DNA of 64,000 nt from Paragordius varius. Lineage: Eukaryota; Animalia; Nematomorpha. Of the stretch, positions 40,983-55,693 are shown piece after piece (within the stretch, counting starts at the first letter, position 1; each line of letters opens with the position of its first letter). The notes beneath the pieces are model-generated. The model made no database searches and was not told the DNA's origin. It was given only the letters and a program-made list of their open reading frames with translations. The stretch covers positions 124,001-188,000 of the forward strand of contig OZ176060.1 in assembly GCA_964247055.1 (NCBI GenBank), given 5' to 3'. Made by a program: the position numbers and the translations under genes.

Positions 40983-43900
40983 GCCGCCCATATTAGTTTT
41001 GAAAATATATTTATAATACTGTATGATCGAATATTTATCGAACAGTTATTTTAATTAATAAGTTTTATAAAAATTAATTATACAATCAAAAAATTAATAT
41101 AAAAATAAATAGAAAGACAACCAAACTTTTTTGAAAACTAATTTTGCCTCTATACGCTCTTTAATTACAATTAGGGAATATAGAATTGATATGTTATATA
41201 TCTCTATTTCACATTTTGCCATTTAAAACAATTTACGAAGACTTCATTTTATTTAGTTTTCATGCCAAAATAAATATTTTTTCAGTCAATTTGTTATTGG
41301 TCAGTCAACATTCTATACATTACCAGTGAGTTTTGTTTAGATTAAGGAAAAGAGATTATTATACATAAAATACTAAACATAAAAAGATGGCTTATACATC
41401 TTAGTAATCACGTTATTAATATTTAAAGTAATCTAATATTTACAAATAATTTAAAAAAAAATAATTAAATTAAATATTTATAAAAATATTCATTAATATA
41501 AATACCCATATTTTAACTTTATTTAAATTTAAGGCAAACAATTTAAAAAAACCGTTAAGAATTGAAATCGCCTGTCTATATTTTAATTTTTGTTTTTAAT
41601 TATTTTATGGTTTTAAAATATTTAAAATGAAATAAACTATATTATGTACTAATTAAATACCATATATTAACTTGATATTTTTCATTTAGTACAAACATTA
41701 TAAATGTAAAATCTAAATTTTTTAAGTATAAATTTAATTTATAGTTATTTATTTATTAAAAAATTCCTTAAAAAATATTTTTAAAACTATATTTTTATAT
41801 ATTTGTTTTAATCATTTCTCACAAAGATATCCTTTTTAAAAAAAATAGTCAATTATTTTATTGAATTACATAAAAAAGCCAGAAAAATGAGTAGCAGCAT
41901 AGTAATAATATTTTGTAATAAAATTATACATTTTCCAAATAAAACTGCCTTTTCAAAATGTTTATTTTACTAGATTAGTCAATTTATTTTTTAACAAATT
42001 TGTTTTTCAAGCAAAATTTAAGTTTAAAATTTTTTATACGCGAATAGCATACATTTTAAAAAATCATTGTGTAAATATTTATTAAAAATGGAATGTTAGG
42101 AAGTTTCGACCTTAAATATTATAAAAAGAATTACCATTTTAAAATGCATTTTCATCAAGCTAATGCAAACAATATTTATATTATTTTTAATCAAAAAAAT
42201 TCCAAATAAAATGATTATAATATAATTAGTTTAAGCAAAAATGAAGTTATATGGTACACAAATAGTCAATATAATTTAAATTTTGTCTAATAATATACAG
42301 TGGCGAGTTTTAGTTGTGTTATTTTCATAATTGTGTTTTGAGAATTTTGAATAGTTTGGAGATTAAAAAAAATATTTATATTTAGCCAAAAATTTATATT
42401 CTGAGGTGACTTTAACAGACATATTAGTAATAGTTTAGCAATATAAATATGATAATATGCTCTTCTTATTAACTTTATAAAAGTAAAAATTTATAAAAGA
42501 GTAAGTATTATTTAAACAGAGCTAGCTTATTTTCCTTAATATACATACTATAACTTATTGTAACAATGCCATCTGTTTAATAATTTATATAGCTCTGCTA
42601 TTAATATAAAATCATAATTTTAGATTTTATAGGTGTCTTTTTAATTTGATAGAGATTTGTCCGAAAAGTGTTACTCGTTTTTTAAATTAATTTTAGGGAA
42701 CGGTATAAAAACGCTTTAGGATATATAAATATAACTTTTTCTATATAATACAATAATGATAACTTATCAAGGTTCAGAATTTTCATTTAAGAGTTTGTTT
42801 TTTGTTCTTTAAGGATTGTAAAAAAATTATATTTAACTTTGAAAACTAAGAGATTTCTACGAAATTCTGACATAATAGAAATGTTTACAAATTATGTAGA
42901 AAAAGTGTATTTAATATCTTATAACTTTTTATAGTCTCTTCAGAATACCTCAGTATGAATTACGCTTCAAAACTTTCTAAAAATTAGATTTTTAAAAAAA
43001 TTTGGCTTTTAATATAAAAATTTTTAGTATCAAAATTTTATCTATTAAAAAAAAATATCACGCAATCCTGGCATTTTTGCGTTTATATTAAAAGGACTAG
43101 CCCATTTTTAAAGAGCATTACTAGGGACTTTCGGAACCCATTTCTAAAAATTAAAGTTTTTTGAAACTATTATTTTGCTTCTTTTATATGTAAAAATGTT
43201 CACAAGAGTGTAAATTAGGTTTAATAATCACTTGTAAGGTCAACCAAAAGCACCTATATAATCTTGATACTTACTATCAGAAATCAGGTTATTATTTTAT
43301 GGACTTTGTGAATTTGAATTATAAAATCTAATAGAAAGGTTACTAGTAAAAAAACCAGACATATTGCAATAATTTATTATACTAAAATATGAGAATGAAA
43401 TGATAAAAAATTAATTTTTTTGTGAGTGTTTGAGCAAAAATTTAAATTTATGAAAACGTTTTAACGGGTCTACCAAAAGAAGCAACATAATAACCCAATT
43501 ATATAAAACACTTTGTGCCTTATCCAAAAGATAATTAGTCTCAATTTTAAATAAAATATATTTGCGCTCAATAAAAAATGTAAAATGCACCTAACTGATG
43601 GTTTTTTTTGTTTTTATACAGGAGTTTATAAGCCATCTATTTACAGTTAAATTATACGGACAAAACGTAAAAATTTGCTTAATAATTGTTTCTTATAAAG
43701 ACAACGATACTTTTATTAACCGGTTTTTTTAAAAAAATTTGATTTCAACTAAGATATATAATTTGGGCCCAATATACGTGATTAATAAATTTATAAATAG
43801 TATTGGATATCCACAAAATCTAGGTTTACAAAACACATTAAATTTTTAGGACAATAACAATATTTTGCATATGATTATGATAGGGTATTCAATATATAAT

Positions 43901-44109
43901 ATAGCGGTTATCAAACTTTTGTAGATATTTAAATTTTAAAAAAAGACATTTATAATAAAAAAAATAATCTTTCAAACCTATACTATAATTTATTTAATTC
44001 AATTGTAAATTAAATGGTTTTACAAATTCACATATATATCGTATTTTGCGATTTGAAACCTAGAGAATCAATAATCATAATTTAAAAAGTACAGGGGGTT
44101 AAAATAGCT

Positions 44110-44690
44110 TTGAAGAGAAAATTCATTTTTATTAATTGGACATTCATATAAAACTGTTCATGAACAGATTGAATATGTATGGTAAGATTTTTTGAGAAAA
44201 ATCTTTATTACGAATCGGGCAGGAATACTTAAATTGTTCATAAACACAATGTTGAAAGATGTCCTTTTTGAGTAACTTTCATTTTACATTTTGGGCATTC
44301 ATGTTTATTTTTTTTGATAAAGAAATTTGATGTGCGTTGGATATATAACTTGTTAATGAAACGAACGAACATGTGTGAATTAAACAAGTTTGTCCTTATA
44401 AATTATCATATTGAGTGCAGCGATATTAATCCTTCATTTTTTAAATGTTTAAGGACTCAATACGCTTTGATTTTGCCATTTTAATGTTATCATCTATAAT
44501 ATATTCATGCTTATATCATTGAAATCAATATCCTTTTTAAGGTCCAAAGGTTGTGTCTGCTCTCGCCTCCAAATCAATTATCAGGAGATTATTGTTGAAT
44601 TTTCAGTAACGTTTTGTATTTTTTTGCTGTTATGCTATGTGTAAAATTGTTTGTTATGCATACTTTTATTTCCTTTAAATAACAAAGTTT
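44110..44690 (-). pseudogene. C2H2 zinc-finger gene, copy 4 (heavily decayed)
   Basis: The minus strand shows LCYLKE, EQTQPLDLKK, KHECPKCK, SCPIRNKDFSQK and HIQSVHEQ in shifting frames, with many stops. Confidence 0.75.
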
Positions 44691-47600
44691 TATAATAATC
44701 ATTGGTTACGTCGGTATACGTATAATTAATAAAATTAAGATCATATTTTTTATAAATAAATAAAGTAATATAATTTTGACACATTTTTCAAGTAAAACGA
44801 TTATAAAACTATTTAAGTTTTTTTAATAATAGCAGAATCGTTACTGCATTATTTGGATGGCATATTCTATATATTTATAAAATTACTATAAGTTCTTGGC
44901 ATATACTTATCTTACTTATAATTAAATAAACATTTATTCATCATAAATGAGTTAATAGGCAATTTTTTTACTTTTATGGAGGCAATAAATATTTTATATA
45001 TATCATATATATAAAAATAATTACCTGAACCTTAACACTTGTGATCTCCAACAAAACTTAAATTTTTGACTATAAATAAATATTTCTTTACTAATCAACC
45101 AAAAATTTCAATTTAATTATTTTAAAACCTTCCTAAAATCTTAATTTGACTGTATACGCCCCCTCAAGTAAGTTATGAGCACTCAGTAAAAACTTATTCT
45201 CTAATCTCCTGTAATAATATATTAAAAAGCGCATATATATATATAGGTATAAAATTCCCATTTGTAAAAATTGTAATTATACGGACAAATAAATGACAAA
45301 TATATTTTCAAATTAATTATTTTACATATTCTTTATCGTATTTTGGGGTAAAATAGGGTAAAATAAATCGTTAATACCGCAATTATATTATATATGTAAC
45401 TATACAGTTTATCAGTTTTTTGTATTTTGGAAACCCACACGATGAGTTATAAAAAACTATATTAAATTTACACAGTATGGTAGACTTTTTGAAAGATATT
45501 TGGTTATTACCTTTTATCTTTTTTAGTTTCTATTTTGACTATTACCATCATATTTTGTAATATAATTGATAAAATTATTAATAAAAATGACACACAATTA
45601 TATGAAAATTATTTATAATAAATTATAAACCAATTTAATATTTGAAAAAATATATGTTAATATTTACAAGATTTTCCAGTTTAATAAATTTTAGAAATTA
45701 TAATGAACCATCTATTTTTATTTTTTACATCTAAATTTGAATATGTTTTTTTTAAATATTCAATAGTGCATTGTGTCTTTAATAACTGACTAATCCGTAA
45801 ACTTATAATATTGATTAGTAAAATTATAGAACTGAATATTAATTAATTAATATTAAAATTTTAGATTTTATAAACTGTTCATTTTAGCTTTTCATTTTTT
45901 TGTAGACGATATTTTGGGGGGCATTTTATAATAAGCTTTGTAAATAGACTAGTTTTAAGAGATGTTTTGCTTATTATAATTATTAATCTCTCTAGGTATT
46001 AGATAAAAAAAATAGAATTCACAGTAAACCTCTAGAAATTCAGATATCCCCAAAACACGATTGAAATAAACAGTATAAATTAAATATTGGTAAATTGTAA
46101 TTTAGAAACTATCGAGGTTAATTTATATTTTTCGATTTGCGTGTATTCGCAGTTTAAAAAATTTAAAAAATGGCGGCGAAAATGTGGGTTTATTTTGCAA
46201 TTATAGAAAGGCATTTTTTAAATATTAGCCCAGTTAAAATATTAGTTAGGTACAATATTAAATGCGAGTATGAATTTAAACCAAAAATTTATGAAATATT
46301 AAAGAATATTCATTTATAGCCAAAAATTAAAAATACCTAGGAGACTTTAATAGCCACATTGGCGATAGTGTGGTATTATACATTTGAAAAATATATAATG
46401 ATTATTATAAACTTTATGGATATAAGAAAGTTGCTATTTTTAACGCTGTAAAGAACAAATTTTTAGTTAGATAAATTAATACATATTTAGTCTAGGGATT
46501 TTTAAACTGGTATAAACTCATTTAAAAATACGCCATCTATATAATTAATTATAAAATTACCGGCAGAAATTGTTAAAAGAAAGATGCTAAATTAATCTTT
46601 CAATGGTTTGCTCAAAATATTTGTCTCAGAAATGTTACGTTTGTTTTTTATATTAACTATAAGCTCTTCATTTATTTACATAAACTAGGATGATGTTTAT
46701 ATAAGCGCAACATATATACGAATATTTTCAGCTTATAAAGTTATAACTTCAAACAGCTTCCCGATTCTTTTATATTGACTTTTATCACATTTTTAATATA
46801 TACAGAAAAATCAGAATTTATAAATTCTAATATTAAAATTTTTAAAATTTAAAATTTTATAATTATAGTGTAATTAAAAACTGTAAAGAAGGTCATAATT
46901 TTTATCAAACGTAAAATCTGATTGTTTTTATTAGTATATATTTAAGGTAATGTTTTAACTATAGAGCAATGTTCGTTTACTCTACCCTTTTTAGATTGGA
47001 GGTGATATTCTGACCTTTAACAATAAATGATATAATAAACGTTTTTTATTCCTTTTACACCAGCTTCGAGGCCGGCGTCCTTATATTGTAATAGAAAAAT
47101 TCAAATTTTGATAATTTAAAAATCAATATTATCTATAAATATATCAACTAAAAATAAACAAAAAATGTAAATGTCTTTTAGATGAACAATGTCTGATTTG
47201 GTATATACTCTAATCCATAGAAGAAATAGGCTCTTCGGTTTAATTGGTAAGCCACGCTTTTTCAATGTAATAGTTAGTTTATAGCTGGTTTTAACCCTTT
47301 AAAACTAAGAAATAAAATATAATATATTTGCATAGAAATATAATAATAAAATAAATTAAAAAATATTTTGGTTAAAGTGTTATATTTTAGATAGGATACC
47401 ATAAAAATTAATAAATATTTAACCAAAATGTATATAAAATGACTAAAAATAAGAAAAGGAAACCCGATCTATTCAAAGGTGCTTTTTAAAAAATACATGG
47501 ACACAAGAAATAAAAATATTAAAATGATATAAATCTAGATAACAGAAATATCTCATATTTTATGGAAATATAAGTAAATATATAACATATTGTGCAATCA

Positions 47601-47961
47601 AAACACTCAGCTTCTTGCTATTGAAGATTGATAAATGTTAATCGTTATCAAATATCCGTTTTTAAAATGGCATGTATCTATATGCCTGTAAGCTCTTTAT
47701 GTGATTTGATTTTAGTAATTTATAATGACTAATGGGACTTTTGTTTCTTTTAATTGGTATATTAAATAAACACTGGTCAATGAAATATTATTTAATTTTT
47801 GACCATCAACAGGTTTAATATAATAAAATTTTTAGATCAAATAATGTTTTTTTTTTAATTAAAAAAAGTCAAATTTATTCTAATGGTTAATTATAAAATC
47901 AAATATATATTATAGAGTATAATTATTGTTAATATACTCGTAGTTATATCTTTTTAATATA

Positions 47962-48200
47962 CAGTAAAAACTGATATTATACGGACAAAATGTAAAAAAT
48001 AAAATTTGGATTTTTATATTATAACGCATTGTTTAAAAAAAATGAAAAATAAATACACAATCAATTCTATATTTTACAATTTTAATTAAATAGCTAATAT
48101 GGAAAATAATTAATTTTATAATTAGTATGGTTGTTTTTTAGAAAAAAGGTATTTGTTTTAATATTTTTACATTTTGTCCATATAATTTCTATTTTTACTG
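47962..48200. mobile_element. Tc1/mariner-type MITE (CAGT family), clearest copy
   Basis: TA-CAGTAAAAACTGATATTATACGGACAAAATGTAAAAA ... TTTTTACATTTTGTCCATATAATTTCTATTTTTACTG-TA; 239 bp with ~37-bp TIRs. Confidence 0.9.
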
Positions 48201-50651
48201 TAAATATGGGAGTTAAGGTATACAGTTGTTGTAGTTGTTATGTTTATTTAATTTTAAATAAAACATAGGCATCCTATCATCAAAATCAATTATAATTGAC
48301 GTGATATAAGATTATTTTAAAATAATTGCTTATTCCATTTATGCAAAAAATTCAGTTATTTTTTTTTTAAAATTAAAAAGTAATGCTCAATGATGGGTCC
48401 AAACCCAACAGCCAATGGAAAGAAACTTTCACGTAATATATTTTTGATATGGCGTGACAACCATACTTTTTAAACCTTTTATCCTAAAAAAATCATTTAA
48501 TTTGAAGCGTAAAATACACAATTAATTGTGTAACCAATTATTTGATATTATAATTATAAAACAAAGAGTCATATTTATAATCAAGATTTAAAAGTCGGAA
48601 ATTGATTTTATTGAAAATTTTGTCCGTATAATTCCGATTTTACTGTAATTTTTAAAATAATTTACATGGTGATATATTGAAAATATTTATGACATACAAC
48701 ACAAGTTACAATAAAAAAATTAAAAAAATGTTACATTTGTTATTGATTTGTGTAGTAAATACATTAACAAATTTTTTATAGACATTAATATACTTTATTA
48801 GGTTTCTAGATAACCAAAACATCAATTTTTTTAGCCAATACTTTGTTATTGGTCAATTTCAAAATAATATTATATTACATGTCAAGTGAGTTTTGGTTAA
48901 ATTAATTAATATTTCCATATTAATACCAAGCATAAAGAAGATGGCATATTCTTAATTGCATATATAACCTTTTATATATATTTATGATGAAACAACTTTT
49001 AAAACAAAATCATCACAGATTTATTAAAACGAAAACTTTTTTACGTAAACGCCATATCTTTTTATACGATGTATTAAAATTATCAATTTAAAAAGTAATA
49101 ACTGTTAACCTTGCTCTGAACTAATTCTCAACTTCAACTAGAAGAAATCAAATTTTTAACCAAATTAAATTCAGCTATACATAATTTTATAGTTACTCTA
49201 CGTAAAATACATCTGCGCATGTTAGCGTAGAATTTGTAACATAGTGTGATATTTCAATGTATCTTTTTTTACTTTGTGTAAATAGTCAATATTTTTATTA
49301 TTTGAAAAAATAAGGTCGCTTAAAGTTAAATATAAAATCTTCTTACATCATTTTGTATAGAGCGTGTATTTGATTTTTAAACTTCGGCTATTTAGTTATT
49401 ATATAAAATGTTATAAACTTTTTAATCTATGACTTGAATTATTAGGTTAATATATTTATAATCATAATTATTGGCATTTGAAACATCAGTTATTAAAACC
49501 TATAAATTAAAAAAAATACTCAAATCATTAGTCTAAGGATTCGTTCATATATGTATGTGGTGTTATTAGACATTATTAAAATGGTGCATTTCATATAGCC
49601 AATTTGATTTTTTCCCATTAGTTTATGAAATTTCTGTTTTATAACCAATTAAAATTTTATTTTTTTTAGCGTGTAATGGTATTTTATTTGCAACACTTCT
49701 GGTATATGTTTTAGGGAGAATTATTATTCGCCATATCTTTGTTACCCTTTTGTTACATTAGAATTCCTTACCAAAATTAGTGCTTTAGTTTACAGCATTC
49801 TTGTTTAGTATAGTCTCTAATAATATGAATATAAATTAAGATGGTGATAAATAAAAAATTATTCTTGTAATAAGAAGGCCAAATATAAACCTTGATGATT
49901 GTATGAGTTATCTTTTGATGGAAGTTTAAGGAGTAAGATATAAATTAACATTCGATTACTTTTATTTTACACTAGTAATCATTTAACATATAGTACCATG
50001 GAAATATAGATTTATAAAAATTTATTCGTAACATATATTGATGTCAAACAATCTAACATTTTTACGCATATACAGAATCATTTTAATAATTCTTAAGTGA
50101 ATGAGAAAATTATAAGTTTTTTATGTATGTTAATTTTTTTGGATGATATATTACAGAATATAACTTTAAGTGAAAATAAAGGCGCTATTTCAAATAATAC
50201 TGTTGGAACACAATTATAAATAGAGGGGCGGATATAGATGGATAACACTCCTTAGATAAATTAATATTTAAAATACAGAATTTTTTTAGGATAAAACACA
50301 AAAACATAAGGACAAATGTTTTTTAAAAGACAGCTGTACTTTTATAAACTAGATATATTTTAAAATACCTCTTTGGTATAAACTATAAAGTAAAAGATGT
50401 CTATTAATTACACAATCAATTATGTAATATTATACACTTAACAAACTTATATAGGCAAAAATAAGGTTTAAGAATGGTTGTCTTTAAAAAATGTTTGTCA
50501 TTATTTTAATTTTTTCTATTTATATTTTTTGTAAATAGATAGCTTTGTATAAACTTAATTCCTATATACAATTATCTATAAGAAACCGCATATAATATAA
50601 GCGCATATATATTTTATAGAAAAAAGATAATTTAACTTTTGATGTGATATT

Positions 50652-52470
50652 GGGCCTGCTGAATAAAAGCTAGTATATACTGAAAACTAGGTTTTTTCCA
50701 GTATATACTAGCTATGTATTGAATAAAAAAATATATTGCTTTACTATCCAGTACGTACTATGTTTACCAGCATTTACTGACAAATATCATTGAATAAAAA
50801 TTGTATTTTTACAAATTTTACCTAGTAGTTACTGGTTTTTTTTAAGCTGGTAAATGGCAACATTTTAAACTATTATTTTTTTACTTAAAATAATATCGGT
50901 TATATTTTTATAAAATTTCTAAGATAAATGTTTTTTTAAATTACATGATTCATATTTAAATATTATTTGTTTTATTATTAATAATAATTTTTTTCCTTTT
51001 CTATTTTAAGCTTTGTGAGTTCAATTTGCAGAGATTATTACTTTTGTTAAAAAATATTGGTTTTTTTTTCAAGAATGTCCACAATTATATTATTTTCTTC
51101 TATCATTTCATTTTTGTGTAAAATATTTGAGTTTATATACTTTATAATGACCTTAATTTTATTTTATGAACATTTAAATTATAAATATTTGAGTGAATAT
51201 TTTTGAATGAACCTATTTTTTATATAAAAAACCACCGATTTATTCAAATTCGAGTTATGACTAAGATAAAAACCTTTTCATATTTTGACTAAAAATTAAA
51301 TATATCTTTAAGGAAACTAACTCCCAGGATGCAAATGGAGGTATTTAAAATATCATAAATCTAGATTTTGTGTTAAGCTTTCTTCGAGATCCGGGATATC
51401 AAGCGGGTGCAGGACATGATTTTAATGTTCATAGTTCCACAATATGCAAAACTATACCTAAAGTTATGGACGAAATAGTATCAAAATCTCATCAATGGAT
51501 AAAATTTCCCAAGTCATTTGAAGAGCTTAATATGGCGAATAAATTATGGCTATCCAAATATAAAATGCCAACTGCTATTGGTTGCATTGATTGTTCACAC
51601 TTTGAAATATAAAGACCGAAAGAAAATGTTGATGCCTATATAAATCGAAAGATGTACAATTTACATGTAATGCCAATGAAGAAATTACATCCGTGGATGC
51701 ACAATGGCCATGTACATGATTCAAGGATATGGCGAAACACGATTGTTCAGTCATATATGTGGAAACAAAATGTTCTGTTTGTTAGGTGATAATGGATATC
51801 CACTATTCTATCATCCTGGCTCCTAACCCCCTTCAAAAATATGATGATCGATAACGAGAAAAATTCAATAAATTACATTGTTCTGAAAACCTTATCGAGC
51901 GTGTTTTCGGTCAGATGAACACCTGATTTCCTATACTTGGTAACGAAATTCGTATAAGTCTAGAACGAATACCAAAACTTATATTAACATGTTCCATATT
52001 ACATAATGTATCCAAATATATTAAAGAACCTCTAACAGATTTTGATAATAATTCATATTTTGATATTGAATATGTGGAGGATTGAGAAGCAAACATTGGA
52101 ACCCAGATACTCTTGTCTGGCAAAATGAAACGATAGATTCAATTGATCAAATATTATTTTGATTTATTTTTTATATATTTATGAATAAATATGTATTAAT
52201 AATTGCATTATTTAAAAAAATGGGTAGATAATCGATATTTAATTTTGCAAAAAGTTACTTTCTATTTTCATATGAATTTTTCAAACGCATTTTATGAATG
52301 AAATCGAAAACTAACAATAAACAAATGAAAATAAACATTTTACACATACTAAAGACTTAAGTACGTACATGATAGTAAGTACCTATTTTTATTTAATGTT
52401 TTTTCAAAAACTGGTACATACTAACAAGCACCTACTACCCAGTAGGTGCTTGTTTTTATTCAGCATTCCC
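50652..52470 (+). mobile_element. PIF/Harbinger DNA transposon (defective), 1819 bp
   Basis: 17-bp TIRs GGGCCTGCTGAATAAAA / rc GGGAATGCTGAATAAAA (15/17), with ATT on both sides. The flanks rejoin to match the uninterrupted paralog at ~26550-26600. It contains a transposase remnant. Confidence 0.88.
51314..52130 (+). pseudogene. Harbinger-type DDE transposase pseudogene
   Basis: FLRDPGYQ, WIKFP, AIGCIDCSH, YINRK, TSVDAQWP, VHDSRIWRN, LGDNGYP, WLLTPF, IERVFGQM and TCSILHNVSKY, across several stops and frameshifts. Confidence 0.9.
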
Positions 52471-52668
52471 ATTGTTTCATATTATTGGGTATTACGTTTG
52501 CTATATCTACATTCTTAAAGGACATTTTTCTTAAATTTTTTCGCTAAAAACTATAAATATACTTAAAGAATTAAGTTAATGTTTGATTGCTATAATATAG
52601 AATCGTATCTAAGATGTTAAATTAATATTAGTATTACACTTCCGAAATCGGGAAGTATAAAAAATAAC

Positions 52669-52672
<4 letters not shown>

Positions 52673-52712
<40 letters not shown>
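52673..52712. repeat. (TA)20 microsatellite
   Basis: Read directly from the sequence. It is paralogous to the TA tract that received the 11122 insertion. Confidence 0.95.
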
Positions 52713-52715
<3 letters not shown>

Positions 52716-54639
52716 TGATAGGAAAATGTATCAAAATTAGGTGCTTTAGGTTTACCTTACAAGTGGTATAAGAAAGTTATTTATACTTTTGTGGTGCGTG
52801 CTCAATATCAGTAAATGGCAAAGCACATTTTGTAATAATTTTTTTTTGGTAAAAACTATAAACTTCATTTCTAAAAAATATCATTAAAATATATCATAAA
52901 CTAAAAAAATTTTAAAATTAGGCACAGATAGTCCCAAATTTTTACGCTTTCTAAAATGGGCTATCCCCCTAATATAAAGGAAAAATGCCGAGATTGCGCG
53001 ATAATAATTTAAATATATGTTAAATTTTTAATAATAAAAATTATTATAAATGCAAAATTTTTCAAAAATCTAATATTTAGCACATCAAATTATTTTTGAG
53101 GTATAAAGGAAACAGTATAAAAGTATTTTAAGATATTATAAAAACACTATTTTCTACATAATTCGATGATGTTAAACATTTCTATCATGGCAGAACTTTG
53201 ATTAAAAGATCTGTTTATATTCAAGTTAAATATAAATTTTTAAAATCCCAGGAATTCGAAGCAAACAAACTTTTTATATTAAGATTCTCTACCTTTCGAT
53301 ATAGTATCACTAATTATAGAGATAATCTATTATTAATATATCATAAAGCGTTTTAAACCTCCATAAAATTATTTTAAGAAACGTGTAACAATTTTCGGAC
53401 AAATTATATCAAATAAGAAACAAACCTATAATCCAAAAGCATGTATTTTATTGAAAATAGCAGAGCTGTATACCCTTACATTAATTAAATAGATGGCCTA
53501 TTTTTACATAATTTGCATTGCAATTATTGATTTGTGTTAAAATAAATATTCTTAGCAAGGTATAAATATTGATATTTTTTTAGTTTTATGAAATATAAGC
53601 ATAACATAATTATCATTATATATATATATATATATAAATCTTTATAAATACCGTAAATAAATTTAGCAATGGCGAAGGCCTGTTTTGAATTTTTATCAAT
53701 ATAATGAAAACAGTTTTACACGCGATTTATATGTGGGTCTTATTAAAAAGTTTTGTTCATATCATTTGTAGATATCCGTGCATCTTTATAAATTCCTAAA
53801 TAAATTTAGCAATGATGAAAAGCTTAAGGTCTGGAAGGCTTTAGCCAAGAAATGATCAATATTTAAATATTTATAAAATATACTTATTTATTGTGTAAAA
53901 ATAAACTATTAATAAATTATGTTAAATAAATTTGTTTCTCCGATCTACTCCTGTTTGATGGCTATTCGATATAAGAGCTGTCTGATCTTCTGATATAAAC
54001 TTTGCTAACTCATTTTCGTCATTTATGGTTTTATTGAAATATATATTACTAAATTCAAACCAAATTTAAAAATAATCGATAGTATTCCTGATTATTAGCA
54101 TTTAAATGGTTTCAAGTAAGGAAAATTATATGATGACATATTCTAAATTCTTGAAAAAACATATCTGTTATCTGTAGTTATTAAAACGATTTCTTAAATT
54201 TTCAGTTGAACTTGCTTAGAAACTTAATTATCTGACTAATATTTTTTGCCTGAATATAAAAAATAAGGCACGAAAACATTATAACCATTAGTAAGCATTT
54301 GCCCATAAAATATTTTTTGATACATGTCACAAAATTTCCATAACCTACCATATACGCATATTAAATTTACTTTATTTAGGCTAATACAGTTTTGAGATTC
54401 CAAAAATTCTATCTAGTTCTCGAGATATTGGCTTTTGTAATAACCTTAATCCTGAAAAAACCAGGCTCAAAAATTCCTCCATCTCAACAGGATGAATATG
54501 GCTCATTCACCACTTTTAATAATCCATGTGAATGAGCTCAACTCGCTTATTCACATGGTTCTAAGTCAATTCTTGGTCTGTAAAGGTTTATTGCATCATT
54601 TATAAATTATTTTTTATAAAATAAAACATATATTTTAAA

Positions 54640-55504
54640 TTTCGGCGTCGACTTACAAACTTTGGTAAAGTAAAACTCAAAAATCCAACAAGAAACGTAT
54701 ATTGATGATCCATCTAAACCGGCCTCATTTCTTAATTTATTGGAAAATGAAGATTTTACAAACGATGATTTACGGAGAATTCTGAACGCTTCTTTCGATA
54801 ACCTTTGTTATTAAAGGGAACATAAAAGTGCAAATACTCTGCAAAATAATAATTCAAATGATGAAACGAAATCAACAAAATCCCTTGATATTTGATTTGG
54901 TAGGAGAACAGACGGAACCTTTAGATCTTTATCAGAAAAAACCACCAAAAATTATAAAAAAAATTACTTCGGTGTGCGACAGTATTGATTCTAATGATAT
55001 AAGCGTGAAGGATGTTAACAAGCTAATTGATGATAACAATAATAATGCAAACCTATTGAATCTTTAAACTCTTCAAAATTTGGCAATAACTATCAATGTA
55101 TTCAATGTAATAAAATTTATAAGGATAAACATGTTTTAGCCAGACATATTCGTTCTGTTCATGAACAAATTAAATATCCATGCAAAATTTGTAAATATGA
55201 GTTTTCTCAAAAAGAAAATCTTGCTAGGCACATTAAATCGGTTCATGAGAAAATTAAACATGAATGTTCGATTTGTAAAAAACAATTTACTCAAAAAAGA
55301 GATGTTGCATCACACATTCAATCCGTTCATGAACAAGTTAAATATCCTTGTCCGATTTGTAAAAAAGATTTTTCTAGAAAAAGATATCTCACCAAACACA
55401 TTCAATCTGTTCATGAACAAATTAAACATGAATGTCCGATTTGTAAAAATGAATATACTGGAAAAGGCAATCTTAGCAGGCATATTAAAAATGTACATGA
55501 TTGA
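54640..55504 (+). pseudogene. C2H2 zinc-finger gene, copy 5 (N-terminus disrupted, five intact fingers)
   Basis: There is a ~23-bp deletion at ~54670, a TTA>TAA change at ~54810 and a 1-bp loss at ~55050. Frame 55046-55504 is open, contains no Met and encodes five complete fingers ending ...LSRHIKNVHD*. The motif reads PLDLY. Confidence 0.88.
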
Positions 55505-55693
55505 ACACTCAACATATATAAGTTTTTATATGTAGCATTAAATATAGTTTTGTTAAAAATACATTTCGTAAATAACATATACTGAGATTCATATTATTTT
55601 ATGAAGATATTTTGCAAAATGCATCGTTAATAAAATAAATGCTATTGGATCGCTTTGTTTTAGAGTTTTCTTTTGTAGATAAAAAATGAATTA

